From NCBI GenBank assembly GCA_905214465.1, contig CAJMMD010000001.1, positions 487 to 64,486 on the forward strand: DNA of 64,000 nt, in the 5' to 3' direction. The position numbers were made by a program, and so were the translations under genes. The stretch's first letter is position 1, and each line of letters opens with the position of its first letter. Below are positions 47,997-57,320 of the stretch, in pieces. The notes under the pieces were generated by a model. It saw nothing but the letters and a program-made list of their open reading frames with translations. It ran no database searches and was not told the DNA's origin. Source of the DNA: an uncultured bacterium (lineage in GTDB: Bacteria > Actinomycetota > Coriobacteriia > Coriobacteriales > Coriobacteriaceae).

Positions 47997-48351
47997 CTTT
48001 GCACCATCCTCAATTAGATCCCAGTTGGTCAGCACATCCTTAATGTCGAATATACATCCTGTACTATCCGAAGCAAAACGAACTGGTCGGTTTCGAATAG
48101 CGAATGCCGGGCACACTACACAAGAACGCCCCAAGCTATTACGTTTAGGAGGAAAGCCGCGCTGTATATGGATGCAAACTCGGCAAACCAGGAAGCATGC
48201 AAACTGTGTGCTCCCCACCCTGACGCCCTCTTTCAAGTCGACTGGGCGCAGAAAAAAGATCCCGCAGCGCCCCAAAGCCATCAGTGCTCCCGAATAATGC
48301 AAACACTCCGTTAATGGACCGTATTATTGCGGTTTAGCAAGGAATGCCCCC

Positions 48352-48789
48352 TTAACCGCCAAAATCTACCTTCCGCCGAACCCGCGCTTCCAGTCGAGGT
48401 ACTCCTCCTCGGAGATCTCCCCGGAGTCCCGTCTCGCGCGCATCGCGGCCCATGCCGCTGCAGCATATGAGAACCACGAGGTCGCGCGCGACCCAGATCC
48501 CGTCGACGTAGAGCACGCGGTGGAGCTCGCCGTCGGGGACGGGCATGGGCCAGACCTCCCAGAACTCGGCCGTCCTGCGCCTGAAGGAGCGCCCGCCGCC
48601 CGGCATCATGGCCTGCGAGTCCTTCGAGAGGAGCTACCCGAGGAACTCCCCGAGCCTTGTCGCCGTGTCGTCGTACCTCACCGTCGTCGACGCACCGCAG
48701 GCCGTGCACCTCCACCGCTGGGACCCCGATGAGGTCCTGCCGTTGCGCTTGGTCCGACCGCCGCAGTAGGGGCAATAAACGGCCTTCAT
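48352..48789 (-). mobile_element. Truncated IS transposase remnant (zinc-ribbon N-terminus plus frameshifted second frame)
   Basis: Frame 1 gives MKAVYCPYCGGRTKRNGRTSSGSQRWRCTACGASTTV...EFLG*. A +1 shifted frame continues LLSKDSQAMMPGG...FWEVWPMPVPDGELHRVLYVDGIWVARDLVVLICCSG. This is an IS1/IS1595-like arrangement. It is GC-rich and incomplete. Confidence 0.5.
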
Positions 48790-49617
48790 GGGCACCTCTT
48801 CCGAAAGCGTATTTAACGGTTCCGGAAAAGGTTATCTACCTGCGAGAACGATAGGCAACCGGACACACATTCTGTCCGAGCGGTTAAAAGCGGGCACGGA
48901 ATTTAAACGGCTGAAAAAGGGGCATCGACCTGCGCCGATGCCCCCAACGTGGACACATATTTTGTCCTATAAGCCCGGCTTTGCCCTGCAGCGTTGCCGA
49001 AACAGCATCAGGCGGTACTCGACGGTATCAAAACGCGAGTTTAGAAGCCAGTTCCCGTTATTCCCACTCTTTCACGCTCGTTTGCCGTTGTGTCAATCCA
49101 GTTAACTCCAGCTGGGTCGTCGATCTTGGCCGTCTTGCCACCGAATCCCGCCGCGTGTCTCCACGTAAGCGTTCGGCACAAATCCTGGGACAAATTCGCA
49201 AACTATTCGTCCGCACCCCAACCGCAAACCCGCAGTTTCATTTTTGTCCCGGAGACAAAAACGGGTTGGTTTTGAGGGCTCAAAACACCCGAATACAGGA
49301 GCCAAACCCATCGAATGATCGATTGACGACCACGGCGCGAGATAAATCGTAGCCAGTGGCTTTGCGGTCTTGCGTTTCCGCAGGTCAACAATGATGCAAA
49401 ATAGATATGAACGATAGAATCGTCGCAAGTGGCTAACTCTCGTCAAAGGTTCGGAGGCGTCCTTTCGTCCCTCCAGTATCGTGCTGTATCGCTCCGTTAT
49501 AATACGCTCAATGCATAAACGGTTTTCGCAACATAGTATATGTTGGAGCCTAAAGAACTACTATCCGTTCCTTTTTCTCTCGTAGGCAGGGATACATTTG
49601 ATTGTTCAATATGAAGC

Positions 49618-50751
49618 ATGCAACAACAAGTTGCTCGATCTCTCAGTAAAACCAAAGAACACCAGAGTGAAACTATCCTGCCGTCAACTAACTATCAGGT
49701 ATTTGAAATGACGTATAGATTTATCTCGACAGAAAGAGGGACTCCCAGTGGCAACAGGGCTGAAACCTGTGCTCTGTTGCATATGATGTGTTTTGCCCCT
49801 GAACGCGATGAAATCGATTTGTTCGCCATTGACTGCTTTAATGACGTTACAGGAATGGACAACTCCTGTAATACCCTTCATGATGTGCAGTCAAAAGGCG
49901 AAACAAAAATAACCCCAGCAAAGCTGGGCGAGTATCTAGCTACGCTTTTTGAAAATAGAGCAAGCGAATTCTCAAAGTATTTCGACACGCTTACCCTGTT
50001 TGTCGGGGGCGTATCCCCAACCACACTTGAGAATCCGACGCTAACGGAATTTCGATTTCAACAGCTGAAGCCAAAATCGCAGGCGAGCGTCCGTGAGCAT
50101 CTCATCGAGGCGTGCAAGAAGAGGCACAACGACATTCCCGACGGCCTGATCGATGACGACGCCATTGACGACTTCTTGAGCTGTGTTAGATTCGTTGTAG
50201 CAAAGAAGGACGAGACCGAGTACATCCGCGCTCTTGCGCACAACTCTTCCGCTCTTTTAACGGACAAGCGGACCCTTCTTGGTATTTTTGGAGCGATACG
50301 CGACCAACAGTCATCGCTCAAAAACCGTGCCGGAATTGCCGGAAGAGCCATAGACAGGCCTGACGCTGTCATGGATTTCGGACGCACCATGTCAACCCGT
50401 CAGATTCGTCTGTTGGTAATTCAGCGCCTCCTCAATATGAGTTTTCTGACAGAAGAATCTCCCGACAGTTTCCGGCCTTATCTCAATTCGCTTCCTCCGG
50501 AAATGCGAATTGAAGACGTGGAGGAAGACTGCAGGAATGAACTTTGCCTTCAGTATTTTGACAAAAACAACCTTGCTGCTTTCTGGCATCTTCTGGACGA
50601 AATCGTAGACATCATTCAGGATGACCCCAAAGCCGATATACAGCAGATTTATAGCAAGATCGGCGAAGGCACCTTAGCCTCCTGCACTCAGCTGACCAGA
50701 AGATCTCACCTCTACTTTATTGCGACCATTAAGGATGGACTTCGCCCATGA
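49618..50751 (+). CDS. Hypothetical protein (377 aa), candidate LmuA-like effector partner of the downstream SMC-like ATPase
   Basis: Low-GC. No recognisable domain. A possible PD-(D/E)xK-like arrangement (AETCALL ... IDLFAID ... LHDVQSK) near the N-terminus is speculative. Its stop overlaps the next gene's ATG (ATGA). Confidence 0.55.
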   Translation: MQQQVARSLSKTKEHQSETILPSTNYQVFEMTYRFISTERGTPSGNRAETCALLHMMCFAPERDEIDLFAIDCFNDVTGMDNSCNTLHDVQSKGETKITPAKLGEYLATLFENRASEFSKYFDTLTLFVGGVSPTTLENPTLTEFRFQQLKPKSQASVREHLIEACKKRHNDIPDGLIDDDAIDDFLSCVRFVVAKKDETEYIRALAHNSSALLTDKRTLLGIFGAIRDQQSSLKNRAGIAGRAIDRPDAVMDFGRTMSTRQIRLLVIQRLLNMSFLTEESPDSFRPYLNSLPPEMRIEDVEEDCRNELCLQYFDKNNLAAFWHLLDEIVDIIQDDPKADIQQIYSKIGEGTLASCTQLTRRSHLYFIATIKDGLRP

Positions 50752-52364
50752 TTAGCATCAAAACCGTTTACATAGGCAACGAGAACGAATCCTACATCCA
50801 GGATGATTTCGCAATCGCTGGCGTGAACATCATTTCTAGCGATGAAAACCATGTTGGTAAGACCATCGTTATGCAGGCAATAATGTATGCGCTTGGATCT
50901 GAAGCACGCTTCCCTCCAAGCTTCAAAAGCAACGAATATGTCTTTATTGTTGACCTCGAAGTTGATGGACGCGGACTTTCCATACTAAGAAACAGGGATT
51001 CGTTTGTCGTGCTGGATGGAGGAACGATTATCCCAATCGAAAGCTCGGGTGACTTTGACGTTTTCTGGAACGACCATATCTCACCTTTACCCACCATTAC
51101 TAAAGATGGTAGTCAGACAATAGTGGGACTCCCTCTCTACACTCAAATTGCTTTCGTTCCTCAGGCCGGTAGAAGCACTGCCCGTACCAGTACAAGCTAT
51201 TTCAACAAAGACGACTTTAAGGAAATGGTCTATGCCTTAAAGGGCTTAGATGCTCGTACCTTGGATAAGAAATCTATTGCAGACCTCAAGAACAAGAGGA
51301 GCGCTCTTAAAACCAGAAGAGAAGAGCTTGCCAAGCAGGCATCGACACTACGTAAAATTGGAACCTCGCTTGCCGTGGTTAGCCCAACAGCAAATAGAGA
51401 AGAGACTGCTCGTTTCATCGAGCGACTCAATTTCCTAAAGAATTCGATAGTCAGCCTCACGAATGAGCGCAACCATGCTCATACGCGCCGAGCCAAGAAT
51501 CAGGCAGTAAAGAAGGAGCTGAATTCCTTAAATCGGGAAATCAAGGTCGGCTCCGTGATTTGCATGAACTGTGGATCGGATGAGATTGGTTACAAGCTTC
51601 CAGGATCAGATTATGTGTTTGACATAACGACGAGTGAAATGAGGTCGCAAATCCTTCTGAGCGTCCAACGTAAGATCGACGCATATCAAAAAGAGATCGA
51701 GGAGCTCGACCTGGAGATTCGCGAACTCCAAAATCAATTCAATAAGCTTGCGGATTCTAGGGAAATAACCCTGGAGGATATTTTTGCTGCACGTCAGGAC
51801 TATGCCGACCTTGAAGCAATTGATCGAGAGATAACCAATATCTCGGACCAAATCGACGGTATCGACGAACAGCTCAAAGAGGCAAAAACAATCGATAAAG
51901 AGCTTAGCGAGGACAGAGCGGATTTCAATGCGGCCCTGCTAGCCACTATGAATGACGTGCGCCGCACAATCAATGAAAGTGATTCCGTCGAAGATTACAC
52001 GGACCTTTTTACTACCAACAACAGCCCCTATATCGGAAGCGAAGCTACCGAGTTCTTTCTTGCAAAAACCTATTCACTTGCCAAGCACATACATCACGGC
52101 TTACCTATTGTTATTGACTCTTTTCGCGCCGAAGAGCTATCGACAGGAAGGGAGGAACGTGTGCTCCCCCTGTTTATCGATCTCCCTAATCAGGTTATTT
52201 TCAGTGCTACCTTGAAGGGTGAAGAAGTTGGAAAATATCACGGACGTGAAGGAATTAATAGTATTGAATATATAGGCTATACGCAAAATAAGCTTCTCTC
52301 CAATCGTGACAACGAGAGGTTTTTGTCGAAAGTCGCTGATTTCGGCATCAAGCTCAATGGGTAG
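50748..52364 (+). CDS. SMC/Rad50-like ABC-type ATPase with a central coiled coil and CxxC hook (LmuB-like)
   Basis: N-terminal P-loop SDENHVGKTIVMQAIMYALG, ~300 aa of heptad-rich coiled coil with ICMNCG at its midpoint, and a C-terminal Walker-B/D-loop-like LPIVIDSFRAEELS. 538 aa. Confidence 0.65.
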   Translation: MISIKTVYIGNENESYIQDDFAIAGVNIISSDENHVGKTIVMQAIMYALGSEARFPPSFKSNEYVFIVDLEVDGRGLSILRNRDSFVVLDGGTIIPIESSGDFDVFWNDHISPLPTITKDGSQTIVGLPLYTQIAFVPQAGRSTARTSTSYFNKDDFKEMVYALKGLDARTLDKKSIADLKNKRSALKTRREELAKQASTLRKIGTSLAVVSPTANREETARFIERLNFLKNSIVSLTNERNHAHTRRAKNQAVKKELNSLNREIKVGSVICMNCGSDEIGYKLPGSDYVFDITTSEMRSQILLSVQRKIDAYQKEIEELDLEIRELQNQFNKLADSREITLEDIFAARQDYADLEAIDREITNISDQIDGIDEQLKEAKTIDKELSEDRADFNAALLATMNDVRRTINESDSVEDYTDLFTTNNSPYIGSEATEFFLAKTYSLAKHIHHGLPIVIDSFRAEELSTGREERVLPLFIDLPNQVIFSATLKGEEVGKYHGREGINSIEYIGYTQNKLLSNRDNERFLSKVADFGIKLNG

Positions 52365-52953
52365 GCTCCATTTGGCGCAAGGATCGTCCTGCATTCGCCT
52401 GTATTCACATGAATGCAGGACATCGTTGAAACGCTGATCGATTTACCCAAAAACTGTTTAGGCCGGCGGCGCAAAACCGGTTTCGCCACCCACTCATCCC
52501 TTTGCAGCATAACCATCCTATTAGCCACATTATATCCCAACAGATGGGCACCATTTATCTGGGTGCACCTGGGGCAACGGATTGAAAAACCTGCATAAGA
52601 TCGTTCGCAGAACACGCAACATCAAACACGACAGAAGAGGCGAACGACAGATGCCGGACCCCGGACGATAGCACCGCGGGAGACGAGCATTCCGACCACA
52701 ACCGAACAACTCCAGTTATTAGGCAGGCGCCCGCATGGGCGTCTTTTACTTTTCAGGGACTTGGCTGCCAGCTAAGGCACGCGTCTCATGGCCGTTTCGT
52801 GAAGGCACGACCAGCTCGACCCAGCTCGACCCGTCTCCGCTCCCGTCGTGCGCGCCAACCGCAATCAGGCGGTTCAATCGTCGCGCAGACGAAAACGCAC
52901 GCGGGAGCGCGCGGGCGCATCGCGCGGTGCCGCACGGGAAGATTGGAGGAACC

Positions 52954-53172
52954 ATGGCACGCACAGCCGAATGCGCCGCGCCCGAGGGCAACCAAGATCG
53001 CGACGAATGGATGACGGTGATCGAGATGCAGGAGTACATGAGGGCGAGCCGAAACAAGGCGTACGGCCTCATCCGGTCGGGAAAGATCGACTCGTACAGG
53101 CTCGGCAGGAAGCTCCTGGTTTCGAGGGCGTCAGTAGACGCCTACATCGAGTCGAGGAGCGGGAGGAAATGA
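52954..53172 (+). CDS. Excisionase/AlpA-family helix-turn-helix DNA-binding protein (72 aa)
   Basis: The start is MARTAEC after ggaggaacc. WMTVIEMQEYMRASRNKAYGLIRSGKIDSYRLGRKLLVSRASVDAYI is a typical Xis-type wHTH. Confidence 0.55.
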   Translation: MARTAECAAPEGNQDRDEWMTVIEMQEYMRASRNKAYGLIRSGKIDSYRLGRKLLVSRASVDAYIESRSGRK

Positions 53173-53250
53173 CGGCGGCGACCGCCCCGGGAGCCGCCCG
53201 CGGCCGGGGACGCGAGGGAGCCTCGAGACGAAAGGAGCTCGAGGACAACC

Positions 53251-53673
53251 ATGACCAAGAGCATTAGCGGGAGCCAGGTGAGGCTCATCGCATCGACCAA
53301 CGCGATATTCGGCACCGACGAGGCGTGCGCGATGCTGCGTATCAGCCGCGACGCAATGTACCGGCTCGCCCCCCTTGCATTCACCGCCAGCGCATGCTAT
53401 AAGGTTGTTGGTGGCTCATTAAGCTACCTCCAAGTGCCGGGGGAGTCCCCCGGCTATTTTTTTATCTATTCCATTAGGAGTCCCCATTGGCCAAGGAGCT
53501 CAGCATCTTCGTCGACGAGAGCGGCGACCGCGGCGGCAAAGCCCGTTACTACCTGCTCACACTCGTCTTTCACGACCAGGCAGACAGCATCGCCGGGGCG
53601 GTCACGGGCTATGAGGCCAAGCTTGCCAGGGCCGATCTCCCTAACATTCCGTTTCACTCCGAGCCTCTCATGA
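53251..53673 (+). CDS. Possible second AlpA-like HTH small protein (N-terminal ~60 aa plausible; remainder overlaps the DUF3800 gene and is doubtful)
   Basis: MTKSISGSQVRLIASTNAIFGTDEACAMLRISRDAMYRLA resembles an AlpA HTH. The frame has no stop until 53673, overlapping 53487-54161 in another frame. Confidence 0.25.
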   Translation: MTKSISGSQVRLIASTNAIFGTDEACAMLRISRDAMYRLAPLAFTASACYKVVGGSLSYLQVPGESPGYFFIYSIRSPHWPRSSASSSTRAATAAAKPVTTCSHSSFTTRQTASPGRSRAMRPSLPGPISLTFRFTPSLS

Positions 53674-54161
53674 ACGGGCACAAGGACTATGAGTTTCTTG
53701 ACATCGAGCAGCGCAAGGTGATGCTCGCCTACTTCTCCTCGTTCATCCGCAAACTTCCCATTTCCTATATCACGTTCGTCTACCGCCGCAGCCAGTTCGA
53801 AGACCCGGCAAGGCTAATGGAGCGTATGGGGCGCGATATCTCCTCTGCCATGATTGAACACCTGGGCTTCTTTCAATCCTTCGACGATGTGAAGGTTTAC
53901 TACGACAACGGTCAGGACATTGTCAAGCAGGCGCTCGACCGCTCGGTGGGCAAGGTCCTCTCAAAAGGGGTCGTCCGACGCCGCAAGACCTCGATGACCG
54001 ACTACCGCCTCGAGCAAGTGGCGGATTACCTCTGCACCATCGAACTTGCCTTGGTCAAGTACGAGGCCAAGGAGAACGGTGAGACGTACAACAAGTTCTT
54101 CGGAGGTATAGGCTCTTTCAAGAGGAACTGGCTCAAGCAAGCCCGCAGCAAGCGGATATAG
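53487..54161 (+). CDS. DUF3800-domain protein
   Basis: N-terminal MAKELSIFVDESGDRGG... (the IxxDESG signature of DUF3800); 224 aa. The family is common in mobile/defence islands. Confidence 0.7.
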   Translation: MAKELSIFVDESGDRGGKARYYLLTLVFHDQADSIAGAVTGYEAKLARADLPNIPFHSEPLMNGHKDYEFLDIEQRKVMLAYFSSFIRKLPISYITFVYRRSQFEDPARLMERMGRDISSAMIEHLGFFQSFDDVKVYYDNGQDIVKQALDRSVGKVLSKGVVRRRKTSMTDYRLEQVADYLCTIELALVKYEAKENGETYNKFFGGIGSFKRNWLKQARSKRI

Positions 54162-54364
54162 CTGGTCTCGCGGTTTCGCAAGGAACGGTCAGCTCTCCTC
54201 TGGCGAGGAACCCCGGGCGACGAGCTTCGAGCGGCGGAAGCTGAAGCGCAAGTAGAAGCAGCACGGGCATTGATCGGTGCCGACATGGGCCCAGACGTGA
54301 ACAGTGCTACGTCCCCTGTTCACGGGGCGCGAAACCGCAAGGTTGCACAGAGGTTGCAAAACAA

Positions 54365-54399
54365 GAAGCCCCCGACCTGTTTTCGCAGGTCAGAGGCTT
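54365..54399 (-). terminator. Intrinsic terminator downstream of guaA
   Basis: Minus strand: cctctgacctg-cgaaaa-caggtcggggg followed by cttcttgtttt. Confidence 0.55.
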
Positions 54400-54417
54400 G
54401 AAATCAACGAATATCGT

Positions 54418-56016
54418 TTACTCCCACTCGATCGTCGCGGGCGGCTTGGACGTGATGTCGTAGCACACGCGGTTGGCGCCGGGGACCTCGGCAACGATGC
54501 GGCCCGAGATGCGGGCCAGGACGTCGTAGGGCAGCTTGGCCCAGTCGGCGGTCATGGCATCGCTGGACTCGACGGCGCGCAGGATGATCGGGCGCTGGTA
54601 GGTGCGCTCGTCGCCCATAACGCCCACGGACTTAATGTCGGGCAGGACCGCGAAATACTGCCAGCAGCTGTGCTCGGAGTTGCGCTCGCCGGTCTGCTCA
54701 AACAGACGCTGGTTGTAGGCGTCGAGCTCCTCGCGCACGATAGCGTCGGCATTCTTGAGAATCTCGAGCTTCTCCTTGTCGACCGCACCGATGATGCGGA
54801 TGGCCAGACCCGGGCCCGGGAAAGGCTGACGGAACACGATATGACCCGGCAGGCCAAGCGCCAGACCAAGTGCGCGGACCTCGTCCTTAAAGAAGTGGTC
54901 GAGCGGCTCAATAAGGTCGAAGTGCACGCCCTCGGGGAACGGGATCAGGTTGTGGTGGCTCTTGATGGTGGCCGTCTTGCCACCCGTCTTGCGAGCGCCG
55001 GACTCGATGATGTCGGGGTAGATGGTGCCCTGAGCCAGGTACTTGACCGGCTTGCCATCGGTCTCAAGCTGTTGCGCCACGGCGAAGAACTCTTTCCAGA
55101 ACTGCGTACCGATGATGCGGCGCTTCTCCTCGGGCTCGGTCACGCCGGCCAGAAGCTCGGCATAACGGTCCTCGGCGTGGACGTGGATAAAGTCGACGTC
55201 AAACTGCTTGGTGAAGACCTCCTCCACCTGCTCGGGCTCGCCCTTGCGCAGCAGGCCGTGGTTGATGAACACGCAGGTCATCTGCTTGCCCACGGCACGG
55301 GCGCCCAGTGCAGCCACGACGGAGGAATCGACACCGCCAGACAGGGCCAAAATCACGCGGTCGTCGCCGACCTTCTCGCGGAACTCGGCCGTCATGGTCT
55401 CGACCAGGTTGTCCATGCTCCAGTTGGGCTCCAGGCCGCAGATCTCAAACAGGAAGTTGCTCAGCAGCTGCTGACCGTACTCGGAGTGCTTGACCTCGGG
55501 GTGGAACTGCGTGGTGAAAATCTTGCGCTCGACGCACTCCATGGCGGCAACCGGGCACACGTCAGTGCTGGCGGTAACGGTAAAGCCCTCGGGCACCTCG
55601 GACACGGCGTCGCGGTGGCTCATCCACACGGTTTGCTCCATGGGCGTGGAGTTAAAGAGCTTGGCGCCGGCAGTGCGCGTAATAGTGGCGCGGCCGTACT
55701 CGCCCACCTCGGAGTGCCCGACCTTGCCGCCGAGCGTCACGGCCGTGATCTGATGGCCGTAGCAGAAGCCCAGGACGGGAAGGCCCAGGTCAAAGATGGC
55801 AGGATCGATGGACGGAGCGTCCTCGGCGTACACAGAGGCCGGGCCGCCAGAAAGGATGAGCGCAGAGGCGTTCATCTCGCGAATCTCATCGGCCGAGATG
55901 TCGCAGGGAACGATCTCGGAATACACGTTGAGGTCGCGGACGCGACGGGCAATGAGCTGACCGTACTGCGCACCAAAGTCGAGTACGAGGACCTTTGCGG
56001 AAGCCTTTTGATCCAT
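54418..56016 (-). CDS. guaA: GMP synthase (glutamine-hydrolysing), full length
   Basis: The start is MDQKASAKVLVLDFGAQYGQL (class-I GATase). PP-loop [14 protein letters not shown] and C-terminal ...CYDITSKPPATIEWE. The track ORF has a 42-codon spurious extension. Confidence 0.9.
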   Translation of the reverse strand: MDQKASAKVLVLDFGAQYGQLIARRVRDLNVYSEIVPCDISADEIREMNASALILSGGPASVYAEDAPSIDPAIFDLGLPVLGFCYGHQITAVTLGGKVGHSEVGEYGRATITRTAGAKLFNSTPMEQTVWMSHRDAVSEVPEGFTVTASTDVCPVAAMECVERKIFTTQFHPEVKHSEYGQQLLSNFLFEICGLEPNWSMDNLVETMTAEFREKVGDDRVILALSGGVDSSVVAALGARAVGKQMTCVFINHGLLRKGEPEQVEEVFTKQFDVDFIHVHAEDRYAELLAGVTEPEEKRRIIGTQFWKEFFAVAQQLETDGKPVKYLAQGTIYPDIIESGARKTGGKTATIKSHHNLIPFPEGVHFDLIEPLDHFFKDEVRALGLALGLPGHIVFRQPFPGPGLAIRIIGAVDKEKLEILKNADAIVREELDAYNQRLFEQTGERNSEHSCWQYFAVLPDIKSVGVMGDERTYQRPIILRAVESSDAMTADWAKLPYDVLARISGRIVAEVPGANRVCYDITSKPPATIEWE

Positions 56017-56284
56017 GGTTTCCCCCTCTTGTTGGCGGGGAGCCGGTGCCCACCCGCGTGAATGAACGAAAATAACTTCCATAGTGTACACGTTATATGG
56101 GGTTTCTCGTCCCTCGCGGCCATCAGCGCACGGCAAACGCACGACCTGGGCCCTTATTTGACGGCAATTGAAGTATTACTAAACATTACAGATGATGTAT
56201 TACGTTTGAACATTGGACGCCCTGTGCCACAATACTGCCGAACGACTCCGCCCTTGCGGCGACAAAACCGATAGGAATACCAGC

Positions 56285-57298
56285 ATGAAGCGCATCCTTC
56301 TCATCGCCACGGGCGGCACCATCGCATCGACCGAGGACGGCAACGGCCTCTCCCCCGCCCTGACCGGTGAGGAGCTCGCCCAGAGCGTCCCCGAGATCTC
56401 GGGCCTCTGCGAGCTCGACGTCGTGCAGCCCATGAACATCGACAGCACCAATATGCGCCCCAGTGACTGGATGCGTATCCGCGACGTCATCGTCGAGGGT
56501 TATGCCGACCACGACGGCTTCGTGATTCTGCACGGCACCGACACCATGAGCTACACCGCGGCGGCGCTTTCCTATCTGATTCAGGACAGCCCCAAGCCTA
56601 TCGTACTCACCGGCTCGCAAAAGCCCATGGGCAATCCCTTTACCGACGCCAAGCTCAACCTGTACCAGAGCCTGCTCTATGCGCTCGACGAGCACTCGCA
56701 CGACGTCTCAATCGTGTTTGGCGGCGTAGCCATTGCCGGTACGCGCGCCCGCAAACAGCGCACCATGAGCTTTAACGCGTTCATTAGCGTCAACTATCCG
56801 CCCATCGCCTATATCCGCAACGACCGCATCGTGCGCAACGGGCTTCACGGCACGCATCAGGGCGAAAACCCGGTGCGTTTCTACGACAGCATCGACCCGC
56901 GCGTATTTGTACTCAAGCTCACGCCCGGCGTAAACCCGGGCATCCTCGACGCCCTTGCCGATAGCTACGACGCTGTAATCCTTGAGACCTTTGGCATTGG
57001 CGGTATCCCCGAGTTTGGCGAGTCGGGCGAGTCGTTCCAAGAGGCGATTTTCCGCTGGGTCGATTCGGGCCGCACCGTCGTTATGACCACGCAGGTCCCC
57101 GAAGAGGGCCTTGATCTGGGTGTTTATGAGGTCGGCCGTGCCTACGCCGATCATCCGGGCATTTTGCGCGGCGACGACATGACCACCGAGACGCTCGTGG
57201 CCAAGACCATGTGGGCGCTCGGCCAGTCACGCGATGCCGCCGAGATCCAGCGCCTGTTCTACAGCCAAGTCAACCACGACCGCATCCCGATGGCGTAA
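56285..57298 (+). CDS. ansA: L-asparaginase (type I-like)
   Basis: MKRILLIATGGTIAS threonine active-site motif, HGTDTM; 337 aa. Confidence 0.85.
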   Translation: MKRILLIATGGTIASTEDGNGLSPALTGEELAQSVPEISGLCELDVVQPMNIDSTNMRPSDWMRIRDVIVEGYADHDGFVILHGTDTMSYTAAALSYLIQDSPKPIVLTGSQKPMGNPFTDAKLNLYQSLLYALDEHSHDVSIVFGGVAIAGTRARKQRTMSFNAFISVNYPPIAYIRNDRIVRNGLHGTHQGENPVRFYDSIDPRVFVLKLTPGVNPGILDALADSYDAVILETFGIGGIPEFGESGESFQEAIFRWVDSGRTVVMTTQVPEEGLDLGVYEVGRAYADHPGILRGDDMTTETLVAKTMWALGQSRDAAEIQRLFYSQVNHDRIPMA

Positions 57299-57320
57299 TT
57301 CAGTTGTCGACGGGTATCCC

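Larger units (their letters stand above)
46614..54429. mobile_element. ~7.8-kb low-GC genomic island flanked by a 14-bp direct repeat (GTTTACTCCCACTC) matching the guaA 3' end; no integrase present
   Basis: Exact 14-mer at 46614-46627 and 54416-54429 (17/18 with one indel when extended). The interior is AT-rich relative to the flanks. It carries the RES protein, an IS remnant, the SMC-ATPase module, excisionase-like HTH genes and DUF3800. Confidence 0.5.

Noticed and set aside
52848-53267. Arg-rich 139-aa ORF and other small ORFs at 52735-53384
   Set aside because: Low-complexity (poly-Arg/Glu) translations from GC-rich DNA. Only the C-terminal 72 codons of the 52735 frame (from MARTAEC) have an HTH signature and an RBS.
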